Below are positions 1-10,809 of a stretch of DNA of 64,000 nucleotides, in pieces. The notes under the pieces were generated by a model. It worked only from the letters and a program-made list of their open reading frames with translations. It searched no databases and was not told where the DNA came from. This stretch comes from Selaginella moellendorffii. Its lineage: Eukaryota > Plantae > Lycopodiophyta. The stretch is from contig NW_003314337.1 in the NCBI RefSeq assembly GCF_000143415.4, positions 451,234 to 515,233 of the forward strand. The letters run 5' to 3'. Numbering within the stretch: position 1 is the first letter of the stretch; each line of letters begins with the position of its first letter. A program made the position numbers and the translations under genes.

Positions 1-204
1 ATTGCCAGGATATATCCTTAACCAGCTCTTCTTGCTTTGAAAGTCAGACAACCATTGGGGCCGGTCGGAAGATCTGAGGCAAGAAACGGTAAAAGTTCTT
101 ACCAGAGAACTTGGTTCCTTTTTTTCTTTTCTTTCTGATATCAAAGAGGAGCCAAGCATCCATCGCTTTTGCTGCCTCCAAAAACAAACATAAGATGCTG
201 TAAA

Positions 205-1771
205 TTACGTCAGTTTTAGCTTCTGCAGGCAGACATAGAGATATGTTAAACCAACGGCGAGTCAAACAAAACTGACAGGCATACCTTCATTTTCAAGAGG
301 AGCTCCTTCGCCTTGGAGTTTGCCTTGAAATGATCTCGAATCGGCTGTGACGCATAAAAGCATCTGAGCTACCAAGTGACAGCATATGCATTCAAAAATG
401 TCACGAACCTGCAGTATTTTATTCACTGATTCCGTAAGTGCATTCTTCAAGTCGCCTGGATGAACAGATCCCGCGGAATAATCGCTACTCAAGTCCTCTA
501 CAGACGTGAATGTCCTGTGAGACAAGTTACCAAGCGTGTGAGCGACGCATCAACCACCTTTGTGTCAGGAACAAAATAAAAGAGAACACTTTTTGCGTAC
601 TTAGTTCCCTCATCCGAGCGAGGCTTGATTGTTAGCTCTCGGCACCACGGGAAGACGATGAGCTTCGCCAGATCCATGCAGGGATTTTTCTCTAAAACCT
701 TTTCGGCACAGAAGGCCCCGTTGATTTTCTTCTTCACGTCCTTCTGAAATAAGCAGAAACGTGGAGTTTATTCTCTAGACTTTATGCCTCTGAATACCGA
801 CTGACCTCCTCATCGTCCATAAACAAGCATGAATCTGGGCTGCTCCTTGACATCTCCTTTTGTGCTTCAAGACTCTGCAAACGCTCCAGGCTTGGCAACA
901 TAGCTAAATTCTTTGTAAGTGGCAGAAAACGGAAAAACAATAAAAACTAGATACTTACAATTGGAGAGAAAAACTGGCCTGCGTTCTTTATCAAAATCAT
1001 TGCAATAGTTCCCAATCATGTTAATTACATTGTGTTTATCAGCTCCCAGCAAGCAAATGTGAGCCTAAAGAAATAAGGAGATCCAAACTCGAATGAGTAT
1101 ACACAATCGAGTTAAAAGCTACCTTGGTTAAAAACATGCTTGCGCACTGCATGCATGGGTACAGTAGCTCCGAAGAAGGAATCGTTTCCTCCTCCCAGTT
1201 TTCAGATAGTCCCAAGCAACTAGCAAACAAAAACAATACAATACTTTAGAACGCTGAAAATGACTATAGAAATCCAGACCTTAGAACTCGAGGAAGATCA
1301 CAGCGCCGAGCAACATCCAAGACGAGAGGCCAGTACTCGGCAGTCCTGGGGCCATTGATCACGTCCGAGGCCCAGATAAACTCCACCTGATCGACTTTCA
1401 TGCCGGCAGCTCTCCACACCTCGATCATATACTCTCCCGCGACTCTAAGTTTGGTCTTCTCGTTCTTCACACAGTAGCGCTGCTCCGCGACCCAATCGCC
1501 AATCCAAATCTTCACGGAGCAGCCGGCATCCACGAGCTGATTGACAATCAGCGTCTTCAAAAGCCCCTGGGGAGAGGTTCCACAGCTAAAACTCGCGATC
1601 GAGTGGCAAACAAATGGAAATTTCTACCTGCGCAATTGGCATTCGCTGCCGCGGCTCGAACGAATCGAAGCAGATCGGGCTGGCCTCACGACCGACGATC
1701 GCGCGCAGCCCGTCCTCGTCATCGCAAGAATGCGCGACGCTCCGGATCAAGCGGAAGCGCTCCTCCTCCAT
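205..1771 (-). CDS. Cytosolic-type tyrosyl-tRNA synthetase paralog with degenerate catalytic motifs (multi-exon)
   Basis: Exons read ICFDSFEPRQRMPIAQG, GCSVKIWIGDW, YWPLVLDVARR, LYPCMQCAS, MLPSL..EMSRSSPDSCLFMDDEE, NPCMDLAK and HPGDLKNAL, colinear with plant TyrRS. Introns are GT-AG. ATG at 1771; the last exon encodes KLKLT* (222-205). Confidence 0.88.
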
Positions 1772-1777
1772 CCCCAA

Positions 1778-1786
1778 AAACCCTAG
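1778..1786 (+). promoter_or_regulatory. Telo-box (AAACCCTAG) just upstream of the TyrRS-like ATG
   Basis: Motif aaaccctag lies 6 nt before the ATG. Telo-boxes are typical of translation-related plant genes. Confidence 0.45.
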
Positions 1787-1807
1787 CAGGCAAAGGTAAA
1801 AAGTTTT

Positions 1808-3669
1808 CTACACATTTTCTACTCGTGTTTGCCTATCGGCGGACATCAAAAGCTGGAGCGCTGTGTCGGAGGCGACGTGATGAACTTGGCTACTGCCTCT
1901 CAAAGAAATTACCACCTCCGGTAAAATTGCTCTGTCACTTCGGTGAACTTCGAGCAGTGGAGTGTTCTCCGTCGCTGGCGGATCATTCACTCTCGAGTGA
2001 GCATCGCGCTTGCAAATCGGGCAAAACGATCGTCTCGTCGTGAGCCAGTGATCCACACAAGTTGCGTGGAACTCTGCAAGAGAAAGAGCAAAACTTAAGA
2101 AGCATGAAAGAAAACCATCCGATCTTACCGTGTTGGCAAGGAAGAACTCGCAGCTTCTCGTCCGCGATATAATCTTCCAAGCAAATCGCACACGTCTCGC
2201 TGGAGACGCTGTTTGCCCTGTAGATCAGAGTCGGCAGGAGCTTCAAATCTCGGAGGTTCATTCCGAGAGATTCACGTAGGAAGAGAACTCGCGAGCCGAT
2301 TGTCCTAAGCCTGTATCTCCGGATCAAAAAGAGGAGCAGCGAAGTAACCATGCCGCTCAAAAGTAGCACCAGCGTCGCGGCCAGCAGCGATCGCGCCGAG
2401 CTTTCCATGCTGGGAAGAATGTAGCACGTCGTGCCATTGAGATTGTAGTAACTTAGTAGCGCTTCTCCAGCGGCTTTGGAGACGAAAACAGCGGGAATGC
2501 GAATTCCCTGCGGATCTCCCGACACTGGAAAAATAAAAGGAAATGGAGAAGGAATGAAATCAAAGAGAGCAATCTCATGAGCAAGCTTACTTGTGACCAG
2601 CGAAGGAAAATCTTCAGTGTTGTAAACGATGACCGCGGCATACCCTGCATTTTGCGCGTGAAGCACCTTGTCTTCGAACAAGCACTTCCCTCGAGCAGCA
2701 AGAGCGATTGGAAGAAACGAAGTGTTGTTTGAGAATGGAGGACTGCTCATCGGATCACAACCATCGTGAACAAATTGCAAAACTCCGGAAAGACCACCTT
2801 CCGGAACTCCGGGACCTGAGATCAAAGTCCGTCGTATTTAAGCAATGAATGAAAAAAAAAAACTAGAAGCAAAAAACGTGGATTCGTCACAGGCAAAAAA
2901 ACATAAGTTCCTTGCACACAAAAAAGAAAACCTCGGTAGGCAAACGCAAACACAAAAACCAAAAGCGTGGCAGACAAAAACCATTAAGTTCCTTGCAAAC
3001 ACAACAAGTATATCTCGATCAAGGAATTCATCCAACACGGACGAGAGAAAAACAAATGCACGAGAAAAATCTCCACTCCAACTAAGAACCAAGGAATTTA
3101 ACGATCCTCGCAGGCGAGCTCAATCACCGACTTAACGCAAACAATGGTAGCAAACACACCAACAAAAAAACCAAAAGCGTGGAATCCTCGCAGGCAAAAA
3201 CCAGTAAGTTCCTTGCAAACACAAAAAACATCTCCACAAGGAGAAAGAGAAAAGCACGAAAGGAATTCATCCAACAATGACGAGCTCAATCAATCTGGGG
3301 AAATAAAAAAGGAAGGCACGAGAAAAACCTCCGCTCGAACACAAAAAACCAAGAAATTTAATGATTCTCGCAGGCGAGCTCAACCACCGACTTACAAGCC
3401 TCTTGACTCATTCCAAGGAGGTAAACAAAAACTAGACTTCTCCAAGCCGCCAAGCAGAGCAAGAACCCTAATGTCGATCGCTTACCGAAAGCCGCCTCCA
3501 CGTCCGGGAATGGCAGCGTCTCCTTCCCGGCGGTGATGAGCACGACGAGCGCATTGACCCTTCCCAGCATCAATGTCAACGCGAGCAGCAAGAGCGCGGC
3601 TATGGCGATCGAGAACTCCCGCATTGTCACGGACAAGGCGGCGGCGGAGGAGGAGGACGCCTCGGGCAT
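1808..3669 (-). CDS. RMR: Receptor homology-transmembrane-RING-H2 (PA-TM-RING) protein, vacuolar sorting receptor/E3 ligase
   Basis: Signal peptide, [12 protein letters not shown] domain ([26 protein letters not shown]), TM helix and RING-H2 (CAICLEDY...[21 protein letters not shown]). The start may be 3669 or 3624. Confidence 0.9.
2865..3395. repeat. Imperfect tandem duplication (~260 bp unit) in RMR intron 1
   Basis: ctcgcaggcgagctcaa(t/c)caccgactta occurs at ~3107 and ~3367; taagttccttgca(c/a)ac occurs three times. Confidence 0.7.
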
Positions 3670-4176
3670 CGCCTTCCCTCGGCGAAGACGATACTTTCAA
3701 AATTTTGCAAAAGAGAAATGCCCTTGCATCTTGACCGTTGAATCCGGATAACAATACTAAGATCAAATAAAATCTTTCCCCTGGGTTTGCCGAGATTCGA
3801 ACATGGGCACTCTGCGCTAGGTCAGAGGAATTTTCGGGATCTTTTTCCAAGGTACATTCTTTGATTCTTTGAAATCTTTTTGCCCCTTTAACACTTACAA
3901 TGCGCGGCGCCGCGCATTGCTTCACGTGGTCTTAATATTCTCTAGACAAAAACACAACTCGTGAAACACCGGTCACCTGGCCACCGCCACCTTTTCTGTG
4001 TCTATTGTCCTGTCCGGCCCAACAAATGTCACTCACAAGTTTCAAAGGTACTAAATCCAATGTTATAACATTTGGAAGATTACGACAACATATATATCTA
4101 GAAACATCTCACCTAGTCTTATTTTCTCACCAACAAGCATTTCTTCGAATCCATACGTGCATGGCTTTTTCTAACC

Positions 4177-5799
4177 TTAGTATGGAGGTGACGGAACTGG
4201 GGATTTGTATACTGGCGCTGGCGAGGAGTAAACCGGCGACGGCGATGGACTCTTGTAAACCGGGGATGGGGAGGAGTAGACCGGCGATGGAGATTTGTAA
4301 ACCGGGGATGGGGAAGAGTAGACCGGCGATGGAGATTTGTAGACCGGGGATGGGGAGGAGTAGACTGGCGATGGAGATTTGTAAACCGGGGATGGTGAGG
4401 AGTAAACCGGAGATGGAGATTTGTAAACTGGGGATGGTGAGGAATAGACTGGCGATGGAGACGGGCTTTTATACACTGGCGATGGCGATGAATACACTGG
4501 CGACGGTGATGAATACACTGGCGATGGCGAGGGTGATTTATAGACGGGGGATGGAGCTGGGATCACAACTGGAGCTGGGGACGAGTACACTGGGCTGGGT
4601 GACGGACTCTTGTAGACTGGTGACGGGGATGAGTAGACTGGCGATGGGCTCTTGTACACTGGTGACGGGGAGGAATACACCGGCGACGGGCTCTTGTACA
4701 CTGGTGACGGGGAGGAATACACCGGCGACGGGCTCTTGTACACTGGTGATGGGGAGGAATACACCGGCGACGGACTCTTGTACACTGGTGACGGGGAGGA
4801 GTACACAGGCGACGGGCTCTTGTAGACTGGTGACGGGGACGAGTAGACCGGCGACGGACTCTTGTAGACTGGTGAAGGGGACGAGTATACCGGAGACGGG
4901 CTCTTGTAAACTGGCGAAGGAGACGAGTACACCGGTGACGGGCTCTTGTAGACCGGGGATGGCGAGGAATATACTGGCGATGGAGATGGGCTCTTGTAGA
5001 CTGGAGATGGCGATGAATATACCGGCGATGGGCTCTTGTAGACTGGAGATGGAGATTTGTAAACGGGAGATGGTGAAGAATATACCGGCGATGGGCTCTT
5101 GTAAACTGGTGACGGGCTCTTGTACACCGGCGATGGCGAGGAATACACCGGCGAGGGAGACGGGCTCTTGTACACCGGGGATGGCGAGGAATATACCGGC
5201 GAGGGAGACGGACTCTTGTAGGCTGGGGATGGCGAAGTTACCGGCGCGTCGTAGTAAGTTGCGGGGCGGACTTCGGACAGCCGGCGAGACGTGGGCGAGA
5301 ATTTGGTGCAGAAATCCAGCGGCTGCTCGGGCCTGAAGCTGAAGGGCCCCGTGTACTTGATCCGCGATTGGGTAGTGCCGAGACTATTCCCGCCCAGCTG
5401 AATGAGCTCCTCCTCGGTGTGCGCGGCGATGGCGCAGGCCTCGAGCGGACTGCTAATGACCCTCACGGAGCAAAGCGCGGCGGAGCCGGGCACCGCGACG
5501 CTGAAGAATCCCGCGGCGTTTGTGGTGGCCTCAATGGCGGAGGAGCGATCTTTGCAGTCGACGGCAACTCTGGCACCTACATTGCACAGAAGAGCAGAGA
5601 TTTAGAGCCCGGGAGATCATACGTGATGAAATATACAACCTTGGAGGAAAGAGCTGAACTTGGTGAAGCGGCCCTCGATGCATTGGTCGCAAAAGACTCT
5701 CCCTGCGATGGTGGTCGAGAGCTCATCGGCCGCGAAGGCCGTGAGTAGCATCGAGGCTAAGAGCACCGTCATCGCTGCTACTGCCTTGGAGGAGCCCAT
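4177..5799 (-). CDS. Chimeric hydroxyproline-rich glycoprotein: signal peptide + Pollen Ole e 1 domain + SPSPVYK/SPSPVYS repeat
   Basis: Exon 1 reads MGSSKAVAAM...IAGRVFCDQC; exon 2 contains CSVRVISSP..C and YTGPFSFRP, followed by >40 seven-residue SPSPVY(K/S) units. Confidence 0.9.
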
Positions 5800-7032
5800 G
5801 ATCGAAAACTTGAACTTGCAGAGATCTTCCTCAAGAACAACAAGTCTAAGAAACAGATGAAGGAGCGGAGAGATCCCAAACACACACAGAGAAAGAAGAG
5901 AATGAAAGCTTGCTGTGTGCGCTTTCGTTCACTCCTCCTCCTGCCACAATGCAGCACAGGTTTTCGAAGAACAAGCAAACCTGTGAGCTCATTAAATACA
6001 CGTCCAAGACACAGCACAGGCCTTTACCAGAGGGTAAAAAAAATTCTTTCTCATTTAACCTTCTTTACTTCGCCCCCCCGGCGGGTAACTTCGCGGTTGC
6101 TTGCCAGACGGGGAGCGACGCGTTTCTCACCTCTCCAACCAAAAAAACTCGAAACTCTCGGGATTGGATCGAATTCAAGGAGCAGGGAATCGGCGTCGAA
6201 TCTTGGGCGAATCTACGACTAAAACACACATCGCTACGCGTCGGAAAGTTAAATGCGCAGTGCTGCCTGGCACATAGCTGGTCTGGTCTGCCTGGACTCA
6301 CATATAACGGGAATAAAAACACAGGGCTCGCCCTTTTTGATCAAAACTCCACGGTTTTGATTTCATACAAGCTTTGACACTCCGAAGCACACCATTTGAT
6401 AAGTTCTTTAAGCTCTTTTGCCCTTTTGACCCTTGCCACGGCTGGCGGTGCCAGTGACAACATGGTAACTTCGCGGTAGTAGCATAATCCACCGTGATTT
6501 GGTAAACTTCTTGGAGGTGTTTCAAAGCTTTGGAGGTCGTGAGTGATCACGATCGTGAAAGGAACGCCCGTCGATCGATCGAGAGAGAGATGATCGTGAT
6601 ATTCGATCGACTGTGAGGATCTCCAGCGGAGTAAATGCGGGTGGTAAGAATTGCCGCCAGCTCACTCGCGCACACACACACATCTCGCTCATGACCGTCT
6701 CGTAGCGTCGGGTATTTTTTTTCATTTTTTTTTTCTACCTTTTTTTTTGGGTGAGATCACTGAAACACCCGTGAGAAGCTCTGCAGACTGCAACAGGGAA
6801 GTGTGTGTTTCGTTGTCGTAAATCTTACCTAGGTATGATTATCTCTGACGCAAATCAAGGTTTGGGAGGTTCATCATATTTGTACGCCGACACTGCATTC
6901 AAGGCTCTGCAAAACTCTAAATTCCACCACCTTTGCAAAGTTTGCATGCATCGGTGGTGGCAGCAAAGTCATCATATTCTGCAATTCCACCTTTTGCATG
7001 AAAGTTATCTGGAAGGTGGTAGAATCCTCGGT

Positions 7033-7498
7033 CTAGGGCAGAGCGTCTTCTTCTTCCCCCCACTTGAGGGTGGCGGATTCCATCCCTTTGGCTTTGTCTT
7101 TGACAAACCAGTCGCAGATAATTCCCGCGTTGAGGCTCTCCATCGACCGCCCTTCTTGTTTGGCTATCACCTTGAGCAAATTCAACGAAGAAACCTTGCA
7201 AAACATGATAGGTCCAGTCATGGAAGATAGAAAGGATGAAAGATCGCGAGATTTTCCCTCGCCAGGGAGGAGAAAGGGAGAATTTTACCGTGAGGCGAGC
7301 GAGGAAGCGCTCGTGAATGCCCAGCCCCGACATTTCGATCAATCCGGCCTCTTCCGCGGACAGGAAAGTCTCGGGATTGTTAGCTGCCGCCGGCGCCTTG
7401 CTCAATCTGGTAGAGCGAATGCCGCGGGGATTCGAGAGCTTGAAGCGATTGCTGGAGATTGGCAGCGATTGGAGCGAGCGGGAAATCGCGGACTCCAT
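7033..7498 (-). CDS. Small conserved putative plastid protein of unknown function (2 exons)
   Basis: Ser/Arg-rich transit-like N-terminus. The spliced core HERFLARLT|VSSLNLLKVIAKQEG..LNAGIICDWFVKDK resembles a plant/cyanobacterial conserved hypothetical family. Confidence 0.7.
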
Positions 7499-7552
7499 GT
7501 GGCGAAGAGCCCTAAAAATGCCACCATAGCTGCTGGGATTTTGGATAACGCG

Positions 7553-8468
7553 ATGGCGCGGGCGGGAGTGGCAGTGCCGGATTTCGCCGCAGCTCCAGCT
7601 CCATTTCCTCCTCGATTTCCTCCTCTTGGTGAGATCGTCCCGTCGTAGCTTCCTGCATTGCGATTTCCACTGATGGATGAGTGGATTTCAGGAATCCCTT
7701 CGGTTGTTCGTGTCGGGGCGATCCAGCAGCGATCCAGCAAGCGCTATTGCGGCGTCTGCAAGGCGAGCGAGAAGGATCAACAAGGTTCGGTTGCTCCCTC
7801 CTCCTAGTGTTCTTCGTGTGCGATTTTTTGGTGTTGGAACAATTCTAGATAAAAAAATCGAGGAGTCGAGAAAATTCCAGCTCCAAGCAACCGAGGTTCT
7901 AGCGGAGATTCTCAAGTCGGCCGAGAAAGAGAAGCGAGCGGAAGAACTCGTGGACAACTTAAACGAGGAGTTCTTCTACATTGCATCAACATATCTATCG
8001 ATGGTATGATCAAAGTTTTTCCTTTCACTCGCCATGGCTCCATAGTTTTCTCCATTCTCTCTTGCAGGCAAAGAAAGAAGCCAATGTAGAAGTGGTAAAT
8101 CAAGTCGAGAATGCCTTGAAAGCAGCCATGGCAGCCAAGGACAAGACACTACGCCCGGAGATCCGGCTCTTCAACAAAGTTAAGCAAGTTTCTCGATTTC
8201 TTAAACTTTCTCTCGACCGAGCGAGCATTGTTCCGAGGATTAAACCTCTCCTTTCTTCGCTGTTACAGCTTCTAAGGGACAACAGCTCGGCCGAGCGGCA
8301 GCAAACTATCTCCGAGAACCACGCATACCTCCACGAAGGCAGCTATTTCTTCGAGCTGCTCGATCGAATGACCAAGGACGTCGAGTCCCAGAAGAGCTCT
8401 CCCGATCGAACCAAGCTCGTTAGCCAGCTCCAGATCATCCGCAAGCAAACCAGAGACGTGGCCAAGAT
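7553..8468 (+). CDS. Putative plastid helical protein of unknown function (5 exons; 3' end runs into the assembly gap)
   Basis: GT-AG-bounded exons join in frame: MARAGV.., EEFFYIASTYLSM|AKKEANVEVV..TLRPEIRLFNK|LLRD..SYFFELLDRMTKDVE. Confidence 0.65.
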
Positions 8469-8568
8469 NNNNNNNNNNNNNNNNNNNNNNNNNNNNNNNN
8501 NNNNNNNNNNNNNNNNNNNNNNNNNNNNNNNNNNNNNNNNNNNNNNNNNNNNNNNNNNNNNNNNNNNN
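8469..8568. other. Assembly gap (100 N)
   Basis: Run of N. Confidence 1.
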
Positions 8569-9280
8569 GAACAAAGTACGAGAGAGAAATCATCGGGGCC
8601 GGTGGATTGGATCTCGATCTGGAATGCCACTAATTGACCCGGAAGCTTTCTCTTTAATTTTTGTAAGCTTTGAGGGCGCCAACTTTTCGAAAACTTGTTG
8701 TAGCGGCAAAGGGTGGTGGAAAGAATGCGACTTAAAGCTGAGCTCTCGCTCTCCTTTGATATATCAAATTCCTATGGTGTTTCTAGAAGGTCGGGTTTTG
8801 ATTGATTTCTATAATGTCCAGGCGCGTGCAAACTATTCTGATCGATCGATCGATTAGAGAGGATAGCACCAAAACAATGGTTGCACAGAACCATCAATAC
8901 CAAATCAATCAATCATACACCGGATGGGATTTTTTCCCCCGTGATATATTCCCACGCTTGACGACGATCTACTTGCGAAGAAGAAGAGGACAAACAAAAC
9001 CACAGCTCCAAGCTTGAGTAGCGCCAAAAGCTTGTAGGATCTTTTCCTCGTAGCCTTTTGGAAGATGCAAACAAATAAAATCAACCAAGAGATCACTCTT
9101 GATCTCTTAGATTTTGGATAGATCTCTGTGATGATCGAGGCGAGCAAGAGTATGTGTCCTCGCGATCCCGCGCGCGCGCGTGAGATGGAATGCACCCCTC
9201 TTCTTCCTCCCCGGCATTTTGTCTGCATGAGAATTGGAGAAAGCTCTGCTAAAGGCTCGTCTCTCCCTCGCGCGCGAGCG

Positions 9281-9532
9281 CTACCTGTTGTGGAGCGGGT
9301 TCGGACCCGTGGGTGCCAGCCGCTTGGACGCACCAAAGACCGACGAGGCGGGATCGATCGGTGGCGGGATGCGCAGGGGATTGGACAGCGGAGCCCCGCT
9401 CGACTTGCGCGCGCCGGAATTGGGCGAGGGAGAATTCGCGGGCAAACGAGGAATGCGAGCGGCGGAAGCGGCGAGAATCAGCGCGAGCGCGAGGAAGAGG
9501 AGAATAGCTGCATTGGGAGGGCGAGGAACCAT
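9281..9532 (-). CDS. CLE: CLAVATA3/ESR-related (CLE) peptide precursor, 83 aa
   Basis: Signal peptide AAILLFLALALILAASAA, a variable region, and C-terminal FGASK-RLAPTGPNPLHN-R* (CLE dodecapeptide). Confidence 0.9.
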   Translation of the reverse strand: MVPRPPNAAILLFLALALILAASAARIPRLPANSPSPNSGARKSSGAPLSNPLRIPPPIDPASSVFGASKRLAPTGPNPLHNR

Positions 9533-10809
9533 CTTCCGCTCTCTTAATTTCGGCCAATTTGGTGGATGGAGGGGGAGAGAAGAGACAAAGAGAAAGTGAG
9601 AGAGTGAGAGGGGAGGGGGGAGGCGATCGCTCTCCAAAACATAACAAAGCCAAAAGCTTCTTTCTTTCTGGAATTCTTTCTTTCCTCCACAAGCAAAGCA
9701 CAAGGACACTGGAAAAACAAATGCTTAGGCTACCTCGTTAGAAGAAGAAAGCCTTCGTTTTAACGGAGGAGGAGAAGTGTGATTGATTGAAACATGACTG
9801 TCAGTGGTGTCTTCGTGAGTGCTGATTCGAGTCATTGAGTGTGGTGATTGATTAGGCAAAACATTGAGAGCCAGCATATTCGGGGGCGCATCTTTCCTGT
9901 GCTATCGCGCCGACGCGTGATGAGCAATGCGACCGACCGATTCCATAGCTGCATGCTTTCGCTTTAAACTAAACCAAGCCCAGCTTTAAAAAAAAACTTC
10001 TTGACCCTGTCACTCCAGTTTGCTTAAGTCAAATCGCTTTGATTGGATCTCTGGCACGCTTTGCAATGCAACAACAACATCAAAAACTTCTCGCTGGGAG
10101 TGGGAGTTTCTTCGCTTAAAAACGATAGAGTTTGATCCAAGCCCGAAAAGCCCACACACACACACACAGGGAGAGAGAGATAAAATATATGGAACAAAGC
10201 TCGCTAGTGGTGAGTGGGGTCTGCGCTTGTCCGTGGCCTTTTTGGGCGACCGGGGAATCGCTGGCGAGCTTGGAAGATTCGCTGGATTTGACTTAACAAG
10301 CATTTTCTTTCCATGAGTTTATCGAAAGGCATCACCTCTAATGGCGGCAAGCGAATTATCCCTGTCAAGTTAGAGGAGACGGAGCATCTCAGCGATGGTT
10401 ACCTCTCAAAGCCAGATCTTTCTTCTTCCTTTTTTTAACGACTTTGTCAATATGCTTTGTCCATCCAGACTCTAGCCATTAACTTGCGTGAGGTCCTCGT
10501 CTGTGTCTCTATAGTGTGTCTCTCTCTGTGTGTTTGTGTGTGTGAATCAATCAGCGATGCGGCAGCTTATAAGTACATCTGGTGTAACAACAGCTCGGCT
10601 TTTCGGAAAAGTGGAGGTCTACAAGTCCCCTCCCTGTCTGCTGTCTCTGATAAGGACGGAAGATCAAGTCAAGCTACAGCTCAAACAAAAACAAAGGAAA
10701 GGAAAAGCAGAAAAGCAACACACGTACCTTCCAGTAATGCGTAAACGGTGTTGCGGGAGATTTTCGCTGTTTGGTGTTACCCAAGAGCTCTCTCCCAGCG
10801 AAAGGATGA

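Noticed and set aside
1771-1835. In-frame RMR-TyrRS fusion via a GC-AG intron
   Set aside because: The obvious donor/acceptor pair puts TyrRS out of frame.
4005-5336. 443-aa plus-strand ORF with MGSCRL/TGRNTP repeats
   Set aside because: Antisense shadow of the extensin repeat; a stop-free repeat unit produces it automatically.
6369-6531. Short imperfect inverted repeat (aagctttgacactcc / ggaggtgtttcaaagctt)
   Set aside because: About 20 bp with gaps and no extended stem; insufficient to call a MIRNA.
9917-9990. GTGATGA C-box-like motif upstream of the CLE gene
   Set aside because: No matching D box or terminal stem, so no snoRNA call.
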